This document shows, in pieces, positions 10,801 through 18,343 of a stretch of 64,000 nucleotides of DNA (positions are counted from its first letter, which is position 1; each line of letters opens with the position of its first letter). Made by a program: the position numbers and the translations under genes. The DNA is taken from the NCBI GenBank assembly GCA_020027215.1, contig JAHRAO010000031.1:8603-72602 (forward strand), written 5' to 3'. A model generated the notes under the pieces. It made no database searches, had not been told where the DNA came from, and saw only the letters and a program-made list of their open reading frames with translations. This DNA is from Gammaproteobacteria bacterium (GTDB taxonomy: Bacteria > Pseudomonadota > Gammaproteobacteria > JABABF01 > JAHRAO01).

Positions 10801-11935
10801 AACCACCGCTTGGACAACCAGTGTTGGTGCTACTCGTACCGTTGTGCATATGTGATCCGTCGAGATCATTGCGCATATAAGATAAGTCTGTGGCGTTGCA
10901 TATTTCAATTAACCTATCGTCATCTATATCAATATCGCTTGTTTCTCCCACCGGCAAAGGTAAAGTTCTTGTTACCGTGCTCACCCCATCACTCACCGAG
11001 AGTAGGGTTGCATATGACCCTGCTACATTCCCAGCAGTATAAGTTGCGGTGACATTGTTCCCGCTTTGTGTGCTCAATACAATATTGCCTTGAGCAGGTG
11101 TTATGAATGACCATTGTAGGGGTTGGGCATCTGGATCTATAGCAGACAAACTAAAGACGCGCATTCCAGAAAGCGCAATAGGCGTGCAACCATAATTTGG
11201 TGAAATAGTAATGCTTGGCAGGCGGTTTAGGATCATTACATTGATATTAATTGTCGCCGTCTTATCACCATTGGACAAACTGATGGTCAATGAGCTCGCG
11301 CTTTGGGGTGCTACTCCATTGGTGTTATAAGTCAATTGGGTGCTCTGCCCATTAGCTGTAGATAACATGGCGGAACCAGTAGACGGCTGTGTGCTAATCA
11401 TCCATTGAGGGTTAGATAGATTGACCCGCGCATTAAGTGTTAAGTTGATGGTTTCATTAGTAAAAAGCGATACAGTGTGGCTCGTTCCTTGGGTAATTGG
11501 CGGGCGGACATCAACCATCACCCTTACCGGTGACGATGTTTGCGTGCCAGTGGTCACAACAAAGGTAAAACTATCGTTACCGATATAATCATCATTGGCG
11601 CGATAGGATAGTGATAAATTATCTAAATTACCCGTTGCTCCAACGGCGAGTTCTGTGCCATTGGCTATTATGTGCCCGTTAGATGGGGCAAAGGTTAAGC
11701 GATATCCGTGCCCATTCGTGCTGGATAGCATAAACGGCTGCGCACCTAACCATGTGGCGATGAGTTGAGAGGGCAATTCAATGTTAATTGTTACTGTGCC
11801 ACCGCCACCTGTGCCGTTACCGCCGCCGCCACCTGTGCCACCGCCACCTGTGCCGTTACCGCCGCCGCCACCACATGCACCTACAAATAGGGCAATGCAC
11901 AAACTAAATACTATATAAGTTATTCTTGTATTCAT
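7874..11935 (-). CDS. giant surface lipoprotein (1353 aa) with Gly-rich linker, Ig-like domains, FN3 domain and two GLUG-motif repeat modules
   Basis: Lipobox LFVGAC at aa 17-21, followed by a (G4-5 N/T G T) linker. Three ~95-aa Ig-like segments come next. Two paralogous modules span aa ~334-816 and ~924-1346. Each module has an Asp-rich Ca-binding-like stretch (DIDIDDD / DIDGDGLIDISD), then CP..C.GYEL, then repeated GG[LI][VI]G GLUG-type motifs. An FN3-like segment (VSLQWENP...YTFTVRTIY) lies between the modules. Confidence 0.85.
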   Translation of the reverse strand: MNTRITYIVFSLCIALFVGACGGGGGNGTGGGGTGGGGGNGTGGGGTVTINIELPSQLIATWLGAQPFMLSSTNGHGYRLTFAPSNGHIIANGTELAVGATGNLDNLSLSYRANDDYIGNDSFTFVVTTGTQTSSPVRVMVDVRPPITQGTSHTVSLFTNETINLTLNARVNLSNPQWMISTQPSTGSAMLSTANGQSTQLTYNTNGVAPQSASSLTISLSNGDKTATININVMILNRLPSITISPNYGCTPIALSGMRVFSLSAIDPDAQPLQWSFITPAQGNIVLSTQSGNNVTATYTAGNVAGSYATLLSVSDGVSTVTRTLPLPVGETSDIDIDDDRLIEICNATDLSYMRNDLDGSHMHNGTSSTNTGCPSGGCMGYELGADIALQGEWMKVGTNSNPFTAIFDGNGYTISGLMITVATGELTVSGASDCRGRELVDNIGLFGVVRNSIIRNVVVHQPNITGQECTGAIVGQALHSTLTQLTVVGDNDHSTYEVTGEARKSATSDAIYGGEVGGIVGRLRDSRLTLSSSTVTVQGPNQISGLPSSNPARFTGGAVGYADRSYISQVYVDANVYLGRDSTSGIPPPYIGLIIGQQNEGVTEQVWARGEVHIRGRLFGSTNVPARAGGLVGSLLNGVMQNAWANVDIRCPECNIILTGFGGALGEAWRTSADQDNTIIRNVWVFGRVHQNRGRGFYGRYAESPTQPIMRGRNYYNGANPNDPQAIGLSDNELRALRNDSLSGQTTDEKKYTNWSAGFDWDNDGTLEVNAGGDDLLSIYCDNDASGRIETIEQVSHNAVWLYGTDAHRPALNCLRIDLQPQTPIQPEVLNLQAAIGERRVSLQWENPGIHYQVNPNTAVITWTPAGGLAQPVRLQITPSRLSSTTITGLTNDIEYTFTVRTIYAPSTQSMGVQVSATPMMAVDIDGDGLIDISDASGLESIRDDLDGNGIDDGNIQTSTPLGTSGCPIPKCTGYELSGDITLSDNWIPIGNDSTPFRSIFRGNGYVINNLNIDTTTTNYVGLFGATDGADISSLTLTVERVRGGNHVGALIGDARNSTIKDIFVQSVFSTTTITGRSPVGGLIGKIDNSTLIHIGNEVEVRLTNGQYIGGIAGEMTHSNSWVSAVYSSARISIEHTLDQTNAAGGLIGHMANGRLQNGWARMIIIYPSASQRFIGGLVGGQANGTIQNAYAISTHNTTAGSRRGGAGGYITSGNARSIWTSIAHDGDNSGAPGSIFNRSYGFIYLVENADYSNKTDYYFVSQEEYGGRDISNARRYGQNQRRTFTQIKALTDTETRWNNGHSNDPTSQYCDTNRNRIIENSEKATNNRIWDYGKTTQSPIIRCIAPNKQPR
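11794..11871. repeat. perfect 39-bp tandem duplication (2 copies) inside the Gly-rich linker of the giant lipoprotein gene
   Basis: tgtgccaccgccacctgtgccgttaccgccgccgccacc occurs at 11794-11832 and again at 11833-11871. It encodes a duplicated 13-aa Gly-rich unit. Confidence 0.9.
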
Positions 11936-12034
11936 AATTGTTTTCAGTGAGTATTTATTGGAGGATGTTGCTGGAGTGTTAAAGAAAATTGATAATATCC
12001 ATACTGTTTTCTAGCTCTTTGTCTTCAATTGCCT

Positions 12035-12346
12035 TCAAGGCATACCTTCGGCAATATGCCAGCTAGCATAGGCAAAACCCGCACTACATATAAAAGCCAG
12101 TATGACTGTAACGGGAGTAATGACAATCACATCAAATTGTATGCCAAATGGATGGAACATGGCAATAATCACTGTTGCGATTACTCCGAATATCCCCCAG
12201 AGCCAGTAATCACTTTTGTGTGTTCGACGCGCGTGGATTATGGCGTGTTTCCCTGCCATTTTTCTGGCAAAAGAAGGGGAATTGACGAGCGGTTCTGTTT
12301 GTCGTAACTGTTTGAATACCCGCTCTAATACTTTACCTTCATTCAT
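12035..12346 (-). CDS. small two-TM membrane protein; putative anti-sigma factor by position only
   Basis: 103-aa ORF starting 5 nt after the ECF sigma stop. It has a basic N-terminal tail followed by two hydrophobic segments. No HxxxCxxC zinc motif is present. Confidence 0.55.
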   Translation of the reverse strand: MNEGKVLERVFKQLRQTEPLVNSPSFARKMAGKHAIIHARRTHKSDYWLWGIFGVIATVIIAMFHPFGIQFDVIVITPVTVILAFICSAGFAYASWHIAEGMP

Positions 12347-12350
12347 AGCG

Positions 12351-12881
12351 TTACAATTGCCAATGGCTTAACTTTGTGCGTAATTTTATTTTACCACGAA
12401 AAATGTGCGATTTTACTGTCCCTATGGGTATCCCTAATATTTGTGCAATTTCACTTTGATCGTACTCGCGATGGAGGTGTAGATGAAGCACCATCCGTTG
12501 AGTAAGAGGGAAGGTTGATAAAAGGTGAGCGACTTGTCGGTGTATGTCATAGTCAATCATGTCGTCAGAAGACGATGATGGCATAGATTCCAATATGGGC
12601 TCGTTGACTGTGGCGATCTTTTGCTTGCGATAATAATCGTTCAGACAGTTACATGCAATGCGGTAGAGCCATGTTTGCAGATTGGACTTGTGATTAAAAC
12701 GTGCTAAATGTTGCAACATTTTTAAGAAAGTATCTTGCAAAATATCATCAGTCAATTGTGCATTCCATCCCGTCATTTGCAAAACCGAGTATCGCAAAGG
12801 CGATTGATAATGCTGAACTAAGGCGGTAAATGCATCAGGATCATCTACGGCTTTGCTCACTAGGGATGGAATGTCTTCCAT
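12351..12881 (-). CDS. ECF-family RNA polymerase sigma factor (sigma-70 group 4)
   Basis: Region 2 motif: DILQDTFLKMLQHLARF...TWLYRIACNCLNDYYRK. Region 4 motif: QRMVLHLHLHREYDQSEIAQILGIPIGTVKSHIFRGKIKLR. Confidence 0.9.
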   Translation of the reverse strand: MEDIPSLVSKAVDDPDAFTALVQHYQSPLRYSVLQMTGWNAQLTDDILQDTFLKMLQHLARFNHKSNLQTWLYRIACNCLNDYYRKQKIATVNEPILESMPSSSSDDMIDYDIHRQVAHLLSTFPLTQRMVLHLHLHREYDQSEIAQILGIPIGTVKSHIFRGKIKLRTKLSHWQL

Positions 12882-12905
12882 TCGCTATTAGGCGCAGCTG
12901 ATACG

Positions 12906-13646
12906 CTACCCGTTTTTTTGTCCTAATTTCCAATGAACCAAATGGGCAATCCCTATAAATAAAGGAATCAACCCTAATGCACCCCAGTTGATACTGAATA
13001 GCATGCTTAGTGCGATGATCAATGCTAAACCCAAACCTATATTCACCATTCCTCTATGCAGAGGCGACCATACAGTGCGTGGCTCTAAATTGCGAATGGT
13101 TTCTTCAGAAAGCGGTTGCCCGCTGTCAATTAATTTGGCAATGATTTCACTGCGCATCTTGTATTTGCGATAACTAAAATAGAGCACAATCCCCAAAATA
13201 GCTATCGGCGTGCCAAATGAAAAGAGAATAGCCCATATAGGGATCAATAAATCCTCCCAATCCACGCCCGTGCCCATATCAATGGAATCCGTATTGCGCA
13301 GTGCGATAATATTTTTTGCGTGCGCAGTCTTTATTGCCTCATGCACCTGTGCTTTTTGTTCATCGTCCAGAGGGATATCGTCAATAATAGTGTGTAGATG
13401 ATCTAAGGCGGTGCGCAGGGAACCTGTATCTTTATTCACAATGCCTTCCAGCAATGCGGATATTTCCGCTTCGGTGTCATCGCTCAGATTCAGATCGCTG
13501 AAATCTACTTGAATACTACCCATATCCCCGTCAATGTTGTATGAAAACGCTGCACTGTTTTCATACTCTGTATTGGCATCTGCGAATACTAAGTTGTTAT
13601 AGTAGATTGTGGCGAGCATACAAGCCAATAACATTAATATTTTCAT
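12906..13646 (-). CDS. secreted/membrane protein, first gene of the ECF sigma operon
   Basis: 246-aa ORF with an AGGAGA SD and a signal peptide (MKILMLLACMLATIY...FADA). An acidic periplasmic region is followed by 3-4 C-terminal TM segments. Confidence 0.75.
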   Translation of the reverse strand: MKILMLLACMLATIYYNNLVFADANTEYENSAAFSYNIDGDMGSIQVDFSDLNLSDDTEAEISALLEGIVNKDTGSLRTALDHLHTIIDDIPLDDEQKAQVHEAIKTAHAKNIIALRNTDSIDMGTGVDWEDLLIPIWAILFSFGTPIAILGIVLYFSYRKYKMRSEIIAKLIDSGQPLSEETIRNLEPRTVWSPLHRGMVNIGLGLALIIALSMLFSINWGALGLIPLFIGIAHLVHWKLGQKNG

Positions 13647-13686
13647 AATAGTTCTCCTATTGCAATAATAAAATTATTTATTCTTA

Positions 13687-13717
13687 TTAGACGATTATTG
13701 TGGCAAAAAAGTTGCAC
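13687..13717 (-). promoter_or_regulatory. ECF-type promoter upstream of the membrane-protein/sigma/anti-sigma operon
   Basis: The minus strand reads GTGCAAC-TTTTTTGCCACAATAAT-CGTCTAA. This gives an AAC -35 element, a 17-nt spacer and a CGTC -10 element, ~40 nt upstream of the ATG at 13646. Confidence 0.5.
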
Positions 13718-13865
13718 CGATATTACATTTATTTTATGCACACATTTTTGTCCATCCGCATGGATTTCATTTTGTCGTCAATTGAGACAATGAATCAAAT
13801 TGCAGGAAGTGGCGACAAGTACTCGTTGTCTGCGGGACAACCGCTACACAACAAATGATTAAGGC

Positions 13866-14221
13866 AGTGGAACGACCTATAAGCCGGGTTCTGTGCGGGT
13901 GGAGAACCCGCGGCAGCCATTCATCTACGATCGACATCACTGCCAACCTTTAACGACCTACCCAATTCCGATGCAGGCGACATCATAGGAATCCTATTTG
14001 GTCTTTCTCCGAGTGGGGTTTACCATGCCGTCTTTGTTACCAAAGACGCGGTGTGCTCTTACCACACCATTTCACCCTTACCTAAAAAATAGGCGGTATA
14101 TTTTCTGCGGCACTCGCCGTGGATGAACATCCCCCAGGCGTTACCTGGCACTCTGCCTTATGGAGCCCGGACTTTCCTCCCCCAGCATAATTGCTGGCGG
14201 CGACTGCCCAGCCGTCCCACT
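13866..14221 (-). ncRNA. rnpB: RNase P RNA, bacterial type A
   Basis: The minus strand contains GGAGGAAAGTCCGGGCTCCATAAGGCAGAGTGCCAGGTAACGCCTGGGGG, then GGTAAGGGTGAAATGGTGTGGTAAGAGCACACC, then CACAGAACCCGGCTTATAGGTCGTTCCACT. The 5' AGTGGGACGGC pairs with the 3' GTCGTTCCACT to form P1. The ends are approximate to a few nt. Confidence 0.93.
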
Positions 14222-14251
14222 ACTTTTTAGTATAAATGATTTGCTACAATT

Positions 14252-15079
14252 ATGGGGCATATGACCATGAAATTAATTGATATAGGCGCCAATTTAACCC
14301 ATCCTGCTTTTGCACACGATTTATCTGTTGTGTTGGATCGTGCTTTCGCCACGCATGTTGTGCAAATGATTGCCACAGGCACGGATGTGCTTTCTATACA
14401 GCAGGGTATTGAGCTCAACGCCATGCATCCCCAGCGCATTTTCACAACAGTGGGATTGCACCCGCACAACAGTAAAGATTTTTCAGATGCAATCGGTGCG
14501 GAATTGATGCAGTTGGCGCATTCACCCGCGGTAGTGGCTATTGGCGAGACGGGGTTAGATTTTAATCGCAACTATTCTCCACCCGCACAACAAGAAAAAG
14601 TATTTGAGTGGCTATTGGAACTTGCTGTTGCCCGCAATTTGCCTTTATTCTTACACGAGCGTGATGCACATGATCGCTTTTTTGATATAGTGCACCATTA
14701 TCGCGAGCAGTTGCACAATGTAGTCGTCCATTGTTTTACTGGCGATAGGCGTGCATTGTTTCGTTATTTAGATTTGGATTTATACATTGGTATTACTGGT
14801 TGGGTATGTGATGAACGGCGTGGATACGATCTCCACCCACTGCTTCCCTCTATTCCCAATAATCGCCTTATGATTGAAACCGATGCTCCATATTTGTTTC
14901 CGCGCGGCGTCATTGTACCGCCGGGAGTCAACCAACAACGCAATGAACCTTGTATGTTGCCATTTATTTTAGAAGAAGTTGCTCGCCATCAAAAAAAACC
15001 TGCGCAAGAGGTCAGTCAGAATTTAATTGCGACAACGCGTGCTTTTTTTGATTTACCCGATATTTCTATGGCGGATTGA
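14252..15079 (+). CDS. tatD: TatD-family metal-dependent DNase/hydrolase
   Basis: Motifs MKLIDIGANLTHPAF...TVGLHPH...AIGETGLDFNR...FLHERDAH...VVHCFTG...IETDAPYL. The true start is probably the ATG at 14261 or 14267. Confidence 0.85.
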   Translation: MGHMTMKLIDIGANLTHPAFAHDLSVVLDRAFATHVVQMIATGTDVLSIQQGIELNAMHPQRIFTTVGLHPHNSKDFSDAIGAELMQLAHSPAVVAIGETGLDFNRNYSPPAQQEKVFEWLLELAVARNLPLFLHERDAHDRFFDIVHHYREQLHNVVVHCFTGDRRALFRYLDLDLYIGITGWVCDERRGYDLHPLLPSIPNNRLMIETDAPYLFPRGVIVPPGVNQQRNEPCMLPFILEEVARHQKKPAQEVSQNLIATTRAFFDLPDISMAD

Positions 15080-15167
15080 TTGTGTTTATTCATTTATTAA
15101 AAATATCCGTTATAATACGGGTAGCGGTTTTTTAGGATTTTTTAATAGTATTAAAGGTGTTTTCTCT

Positions 15168-16196
15168 ATGAGATTAATTTCTATCAGCATTCTATTAGTT
15201 GCATTAACTGTAGGTGTCACGGGATGTCAGTCGTACAAAGCTGCTCCTGCAAAGATTTCGGCAAACTTTTTTGATATGGGTCATAGAGTGGACATTAGCC
15301 CGCACCAAGTCCGACAAGAAAAACCCAAGCGCCCGCGGCTATCTATCGGCGCCGAATGGCATGAAACTAGCCCAGAAGAAGTAGTATTGAAAGTGCTGCT
15401 ATCGGGTAAACGTTTTACCAATTTGATGCATGTGTCGCTAAATGTGACCAATGCTATTGATGCGAATACTCAAGATTCTGCACTTGGATTAGAGACCGAC
15501 GATACATTACCCACCGAAAACGAAGAAACAGAAATTGTGTCCGATCTTGACTCGTCAATGGCTCATAATGAGACGGATCGTCAGGTAGAGGATGCAATGA
15601 GCGATGAAGAATGGGAAGAGGAAATTGCGACCGAATGGGACGAAGTGAGTGGTGCCGAAGTGAATAATGATGACCAGACGAATGCAGAAGATGTCGCAGT
15701 GGAAGAAGATGTTGCCATGGAAGGAGACGTTGCAATGGAAGAAAATATTGCCATGGAAGAAGATAACGACAATATGGTTGATCATATTATGTCTTCACAA
15801 GAAGTCGAAATGGTTGCAGAAAATACAGACGATGTTATCGTTGCCGGTACTGTAGAGAGCGAGGACAATGTGAATGATGCTTCACAAGGCGTTCAAGTGG
15901 CGCTTAACGGAGATACGAATGGCCAAGGCATTGAAAAAACTTTAAACCTACAAGCAAAAGGACATACCCGTTATTCGTCTTTCGGCAAGGCGGGCACCAA
16001 GTTACACTCGCGACGCGACTTTGTCGTCCCCCTCAATGAACTGGAAAATATAGTCACTGCGGTGTGGGCATCGGTATCAGTTCAAACACCCAATGGAGAT
16101 GTTAAAGGTTATATTGTTTCTCCCGATGGAGATAAAAATGCCGCTCACGGTGCATTTAGGCGCTTTCTTTACGCCATTAAACAAGTGAATTATTAA
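15168..16196 (+). CDS. acidic repeat-containing lipoprotein
   Basis: An internal ATG at 15168 gives MRLISISILLVALTVGVTGC (lipobox VTGC). The upstream 47 codons of the tracked ORF overlap the tatD 3' end and look non-coding. The central region is very rich in D/E. Confidence 0.75.
   Translation: MRLISISILLVALTVGVTGCQSYKAAPAKISANFFDMGHRVDISPHQVRQEKPKRPRLSIGAEWHETSPEEVVLKVLLSGKRFTNLMHVSLNVTNAIDANTQDSALGLETDDTLPTENEETEIVSDLDSSMAHNETDRQVEDAMSDEEWEEEIATEWDEVSGAEVNNDDQTNAEDVAVEEDVAMEGDVAMEENIAMEEDNDNMVDHIMSSQEVEMVAENTDDVIVAGTVESEDNVNDASQGVQVALNGDTNGQGIEKTLNLQAKGHTRYSSFGKAGTKLHSRRDFVVPLNELENIVTAVWASVSVQTPNGDVKGYIVSPDGDKNAAHGAFRRFLYAIKQVNY
15687..15758. repeat. four tandem 18-bp (6-aa) imperfect repeats, EDVAVE/EDVAME/GDVAME/ENIAME
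   Basis: Read directly: gaagatgtcgcagtggaa, gaagatgttgccatggaa, ggagacgttgcaatggaa, gaaaatattgccatggaa. Confidence 0.85.
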
Positions 16197-16216
16197 TACT
16201 TCGATTGAGATTTCCT

Positions 16217-16402
16217 ATGTTGCTCACCTATGTGTTCGCCCTATTGATCTTTGCGACTATCGTGGTCATTATGGCCGTTGGCGTGTGCTTTGGTCGTGAA
16301 GCGATTCGCGGATCCTGTGGCGGATTGAGCAAATTGGGTATGAAAGAATCCTGCGATATTTGCGGGGGAGACCAAAAGAAATGTAAGAAGGCGTCTACCT
16401 GA
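16217..16402 (+). CDS. nqrM: NqrM-like (DUF539) small membrane protein
   Basis: One TM segment (LLTYVFALLIFATIVVIMAVGV) is followed by the Cys cluster GSCGG...SCDICGG...C, as in the Na+-NQR maturation factor NqrM. ATG at 16217; the tracked ORF begins at a TTG at 16205. Confidence 0.65.
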   Translation: MLLTYVFALLIFATIVVIMAVGVCFGREAIRGSCGGLSKLGMKESCDICGGDQKKCKKAST

Positions 16403-16411
16403 CGCTACCTA

Positions 16412-17647
16412 ATGTTTCAACCGACTGTACTGTCTATTGCACTGCGTTATGTAATTAGTGTCGGAGAGCGCTTCGCACTAATTTTATCACTTTTTTCGTT
16501 ATCGGGTTTAATCATCGGTGTCATCGCTTTGATAACGGTGATGTCAGTGATGAATGGCTTTTCTCATGAACTCCATACCCGTATTTTTGCCGCCGTGCCC
16601 CATGCTTTTATTTTCCCCAAAGATAAACGCCTTGCCGACTGGCAATCTTTAACACAGCAATTAGAAGAGCGCCCCGACGTTCTAGCCGCGGCACCTTATA
16701 TCGGTGGTGATGTGATGGTTGCAGCACATGGGCGCACGCGGGGAATTGAACTGAAAGCAATTCTACCCGCACAAGAAAAGCGCATTGCTCAAATTGCTGA
16801 CCGATTTACTGTCGGCACATTAAACAATTTAATCCCAGGACAATACGGCATAGTCCTCGGCAATTTACTGGCTAAACAATTACGTGTGGATATTGGTGAT
16901 AAAGTGATGGTCACCTTGCCCCAAGTCAATCAAAGTTTATTGGGTGTTTTCCCCCGTAGCCGACGTTTTCAAGTAGTGGGATTGTTTGCTTTGGGAAATA
17001 CGCTAGATGCGACAACAGCATTCATCAATTTACAGGATGGGCAACGCCTTTATCGCACAGGCAATAGAGTACACGGGATACAAATCAAAACGCCCAATCG
17101 CTACGATAGTTTAAGTATTGCGACGACAATTGCCAATGAATTGCAATACAATCAATTAGATTGGAGCGTCATACATGCCACTCTATTCCGCGCCATTCGC
17201 ATTGAAAAAAATATGATGTTTTTAATGTTATTAGTGGTGATATTGGTTGCCGCGTTTAATATAGTCGCTTTGATGAGTATATCGGTATCCAATCGTAAAA
17301 GAGATATTGCCGTATTGCGCACTTTAGGGATGACGCGTACCCATATCGTATATATCGTGCTTTTGAAAGGGATGATATTGAGTGTTTGTGGTGTGGGAGG
17401 CGGCTTTGCTCTAGGTCTCCCGCTGGCGTATTGGGCGGGAGATATTGTCGCTTTTTGGGAAGAGATATTCGGTATCTACCTATTTGACCCCAATTTATAT
17501 TTCATCACTAAAATTCCGTCAGTCATTTATATCACCGATGTGTTACTGATTGGAGGTAGTGCAATTCTCTTGGGTATTGTGGCTACTTTTTATCCAGCAT
17601 GGTATGCCCGTGATATCTCCGTAATTGAGGAACTGCGCTGGGAGTAA
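16412..17647 (+). CDS. lolC: lipoprotein-releasing ABC transporter permease LolC
   Basis: 411-aa FtsX-like permease (LSIALRYV...) followed by lolD and a paralogous permease. This is the classical lolCDE order. Confidence 0.88.
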   Translation: MFQPTVLSIALRYVISVGERFALILSLFSLSGLIIGVIALITVMSVMNGFSHELHTRIFAAVPHAFIFPKDKRLADWQSLTQQLEERPDVLAAAPYIGGDVMVAAHGRTRGIELKAILPAQEKRIAQIADRFTVGTLNNLIPGQYGIVLGNLLAKQLRVDIGDKVMVTLPQVNQSLLGVFPRSRRFQVVGLFALGNTLDATTAFINLQDGQRLYRTGNRVHGIQIKTPNRYDSLSIATTIANELQYNQLDWSVIHATLFRAIRIEKNMMFLMLLVVILVAAFNIVALMSISVSNRKRDIAVLRTLGMTRTHIVYIVLLKGMILSVCGVGGGFALGLPLAYWAGDIVAFWEEIFGIYLFDPNLYFITKIPSVIYITDVLLIGGSAILLGIVATFYPAWYARDISVIEELRWE

Positions 17648-17650
17648 ACA

Positions 17651-18343
17651 ATGAATAATGCCGAAGTGCCTTTGGAGTGTCAGAATGTCGTTAAAACATA
17701 TAACGATGCCCAGCAGAGTATTTGCGTATTATCCGATGTGGCGTTACGGGTGGCAAAAGGCGAAAAAGTGGCTATTCTTGGGGCGTCAGGTTCAGGAAAA
17801 TCTACTTTGCTCCATATTTTGGGGGGCTTGGATCGCCCCGATTCTGGGGTTGTGCGTTTAGGAGGGTACGAAATTACTCAATTATTACCCCATAAACTGG
17901 ATCGTCTGCATAATACGTATGTTGGTTTTGTTTATCAATTTCACCATTTATTATTTGAGTTTACCGCGGTGGAAAATGTGGCATTACCATTACTCATTGC
18001 GGGAAAACCTGCCCGCACTGCTAATGCGCTGGCGGCAGAATGGTTGAATAAAGTGGGCGTTATGCATCAAACTCATCGTCCATCTCAACTGTCGGGCGGC
18101 GAACGCCAACGGGTGGCGATTGCCCGCGCACTCATTCATTCACCACAGTGTGTATTACTGGATGAACCGACCGGTAATTTAGATCAACACAATGCTGGAC
18201 AGGTGTTGGATTTAATGTTAGCATTGAGTGAGCAGACGCACGTTTCTTTTGTAACCGCCACCCACGACCCCATAGTTAGTGAGGCAATGGATAGAGTATT
18301 GGTTTTAGAAAGGGGAAAACTATGTTCTTCTTCAGCCCCGTAA
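17651..18343 (+). CDS. lolD: lipoprotein-releasing ABC transporter ATP-binding protein LolD
   Basis: Walker A GASGSGKST, signature LSGGERQRVAIARAL, Walker B VLLDEPTGNLD. Confidence 0.92.
   Translation: MNNAEVPLECQNVVKTYNDAQQSICVLSDVALRVAKGEKVAILGASGSGKSTLLHILGGLDRPDSGVVRLGGYEITQLLPHKLDRLHNTYVGFVYQFHHLLFEFTAVENVALPLLIAGKPARTANALAAEWLNKVGVMHQTHRPSQLSGGERQRVAIARALIHSPQCVLLDEPTGNLDQHNAGQVLDLMLALSEQTHVSFVTATHDPIVSEAMDRVLVLERGKLCSSSAP

Noticed and set aside
7750-11052. Many 60-134-aa ORFs on both strands inside 7874-11935 (e.g. 7750-8154, 8525-8866, 10738-11052).
   Set aside because: They overlap the 1353-aa lipoprotein frame, which has coherent domain and repeat structure. These are alternative-frame artefacts.
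14227-14571. 114-aa minus-strand ORF.
   Set aside because: It is antisense to tatD over most of its length and stops a few nt short of the rnpB 5' end. No SD or motif.
15027-15167. N-terminal extensions of tracked ORFs: 15027 (lipoprotein), 22693 (era), 24329 (acpS), 24652 (cysM), 25574 (mazG), 33237 (alpha-E), 42344 (trpS), 46457 (FGE protein), 51289 (argH), 37325 (BamE-like).
   Set aside because: In each case an internal start reproduces the conserved family N-terminus or a signal peptide, and removes a long overlap with the upstream gene.
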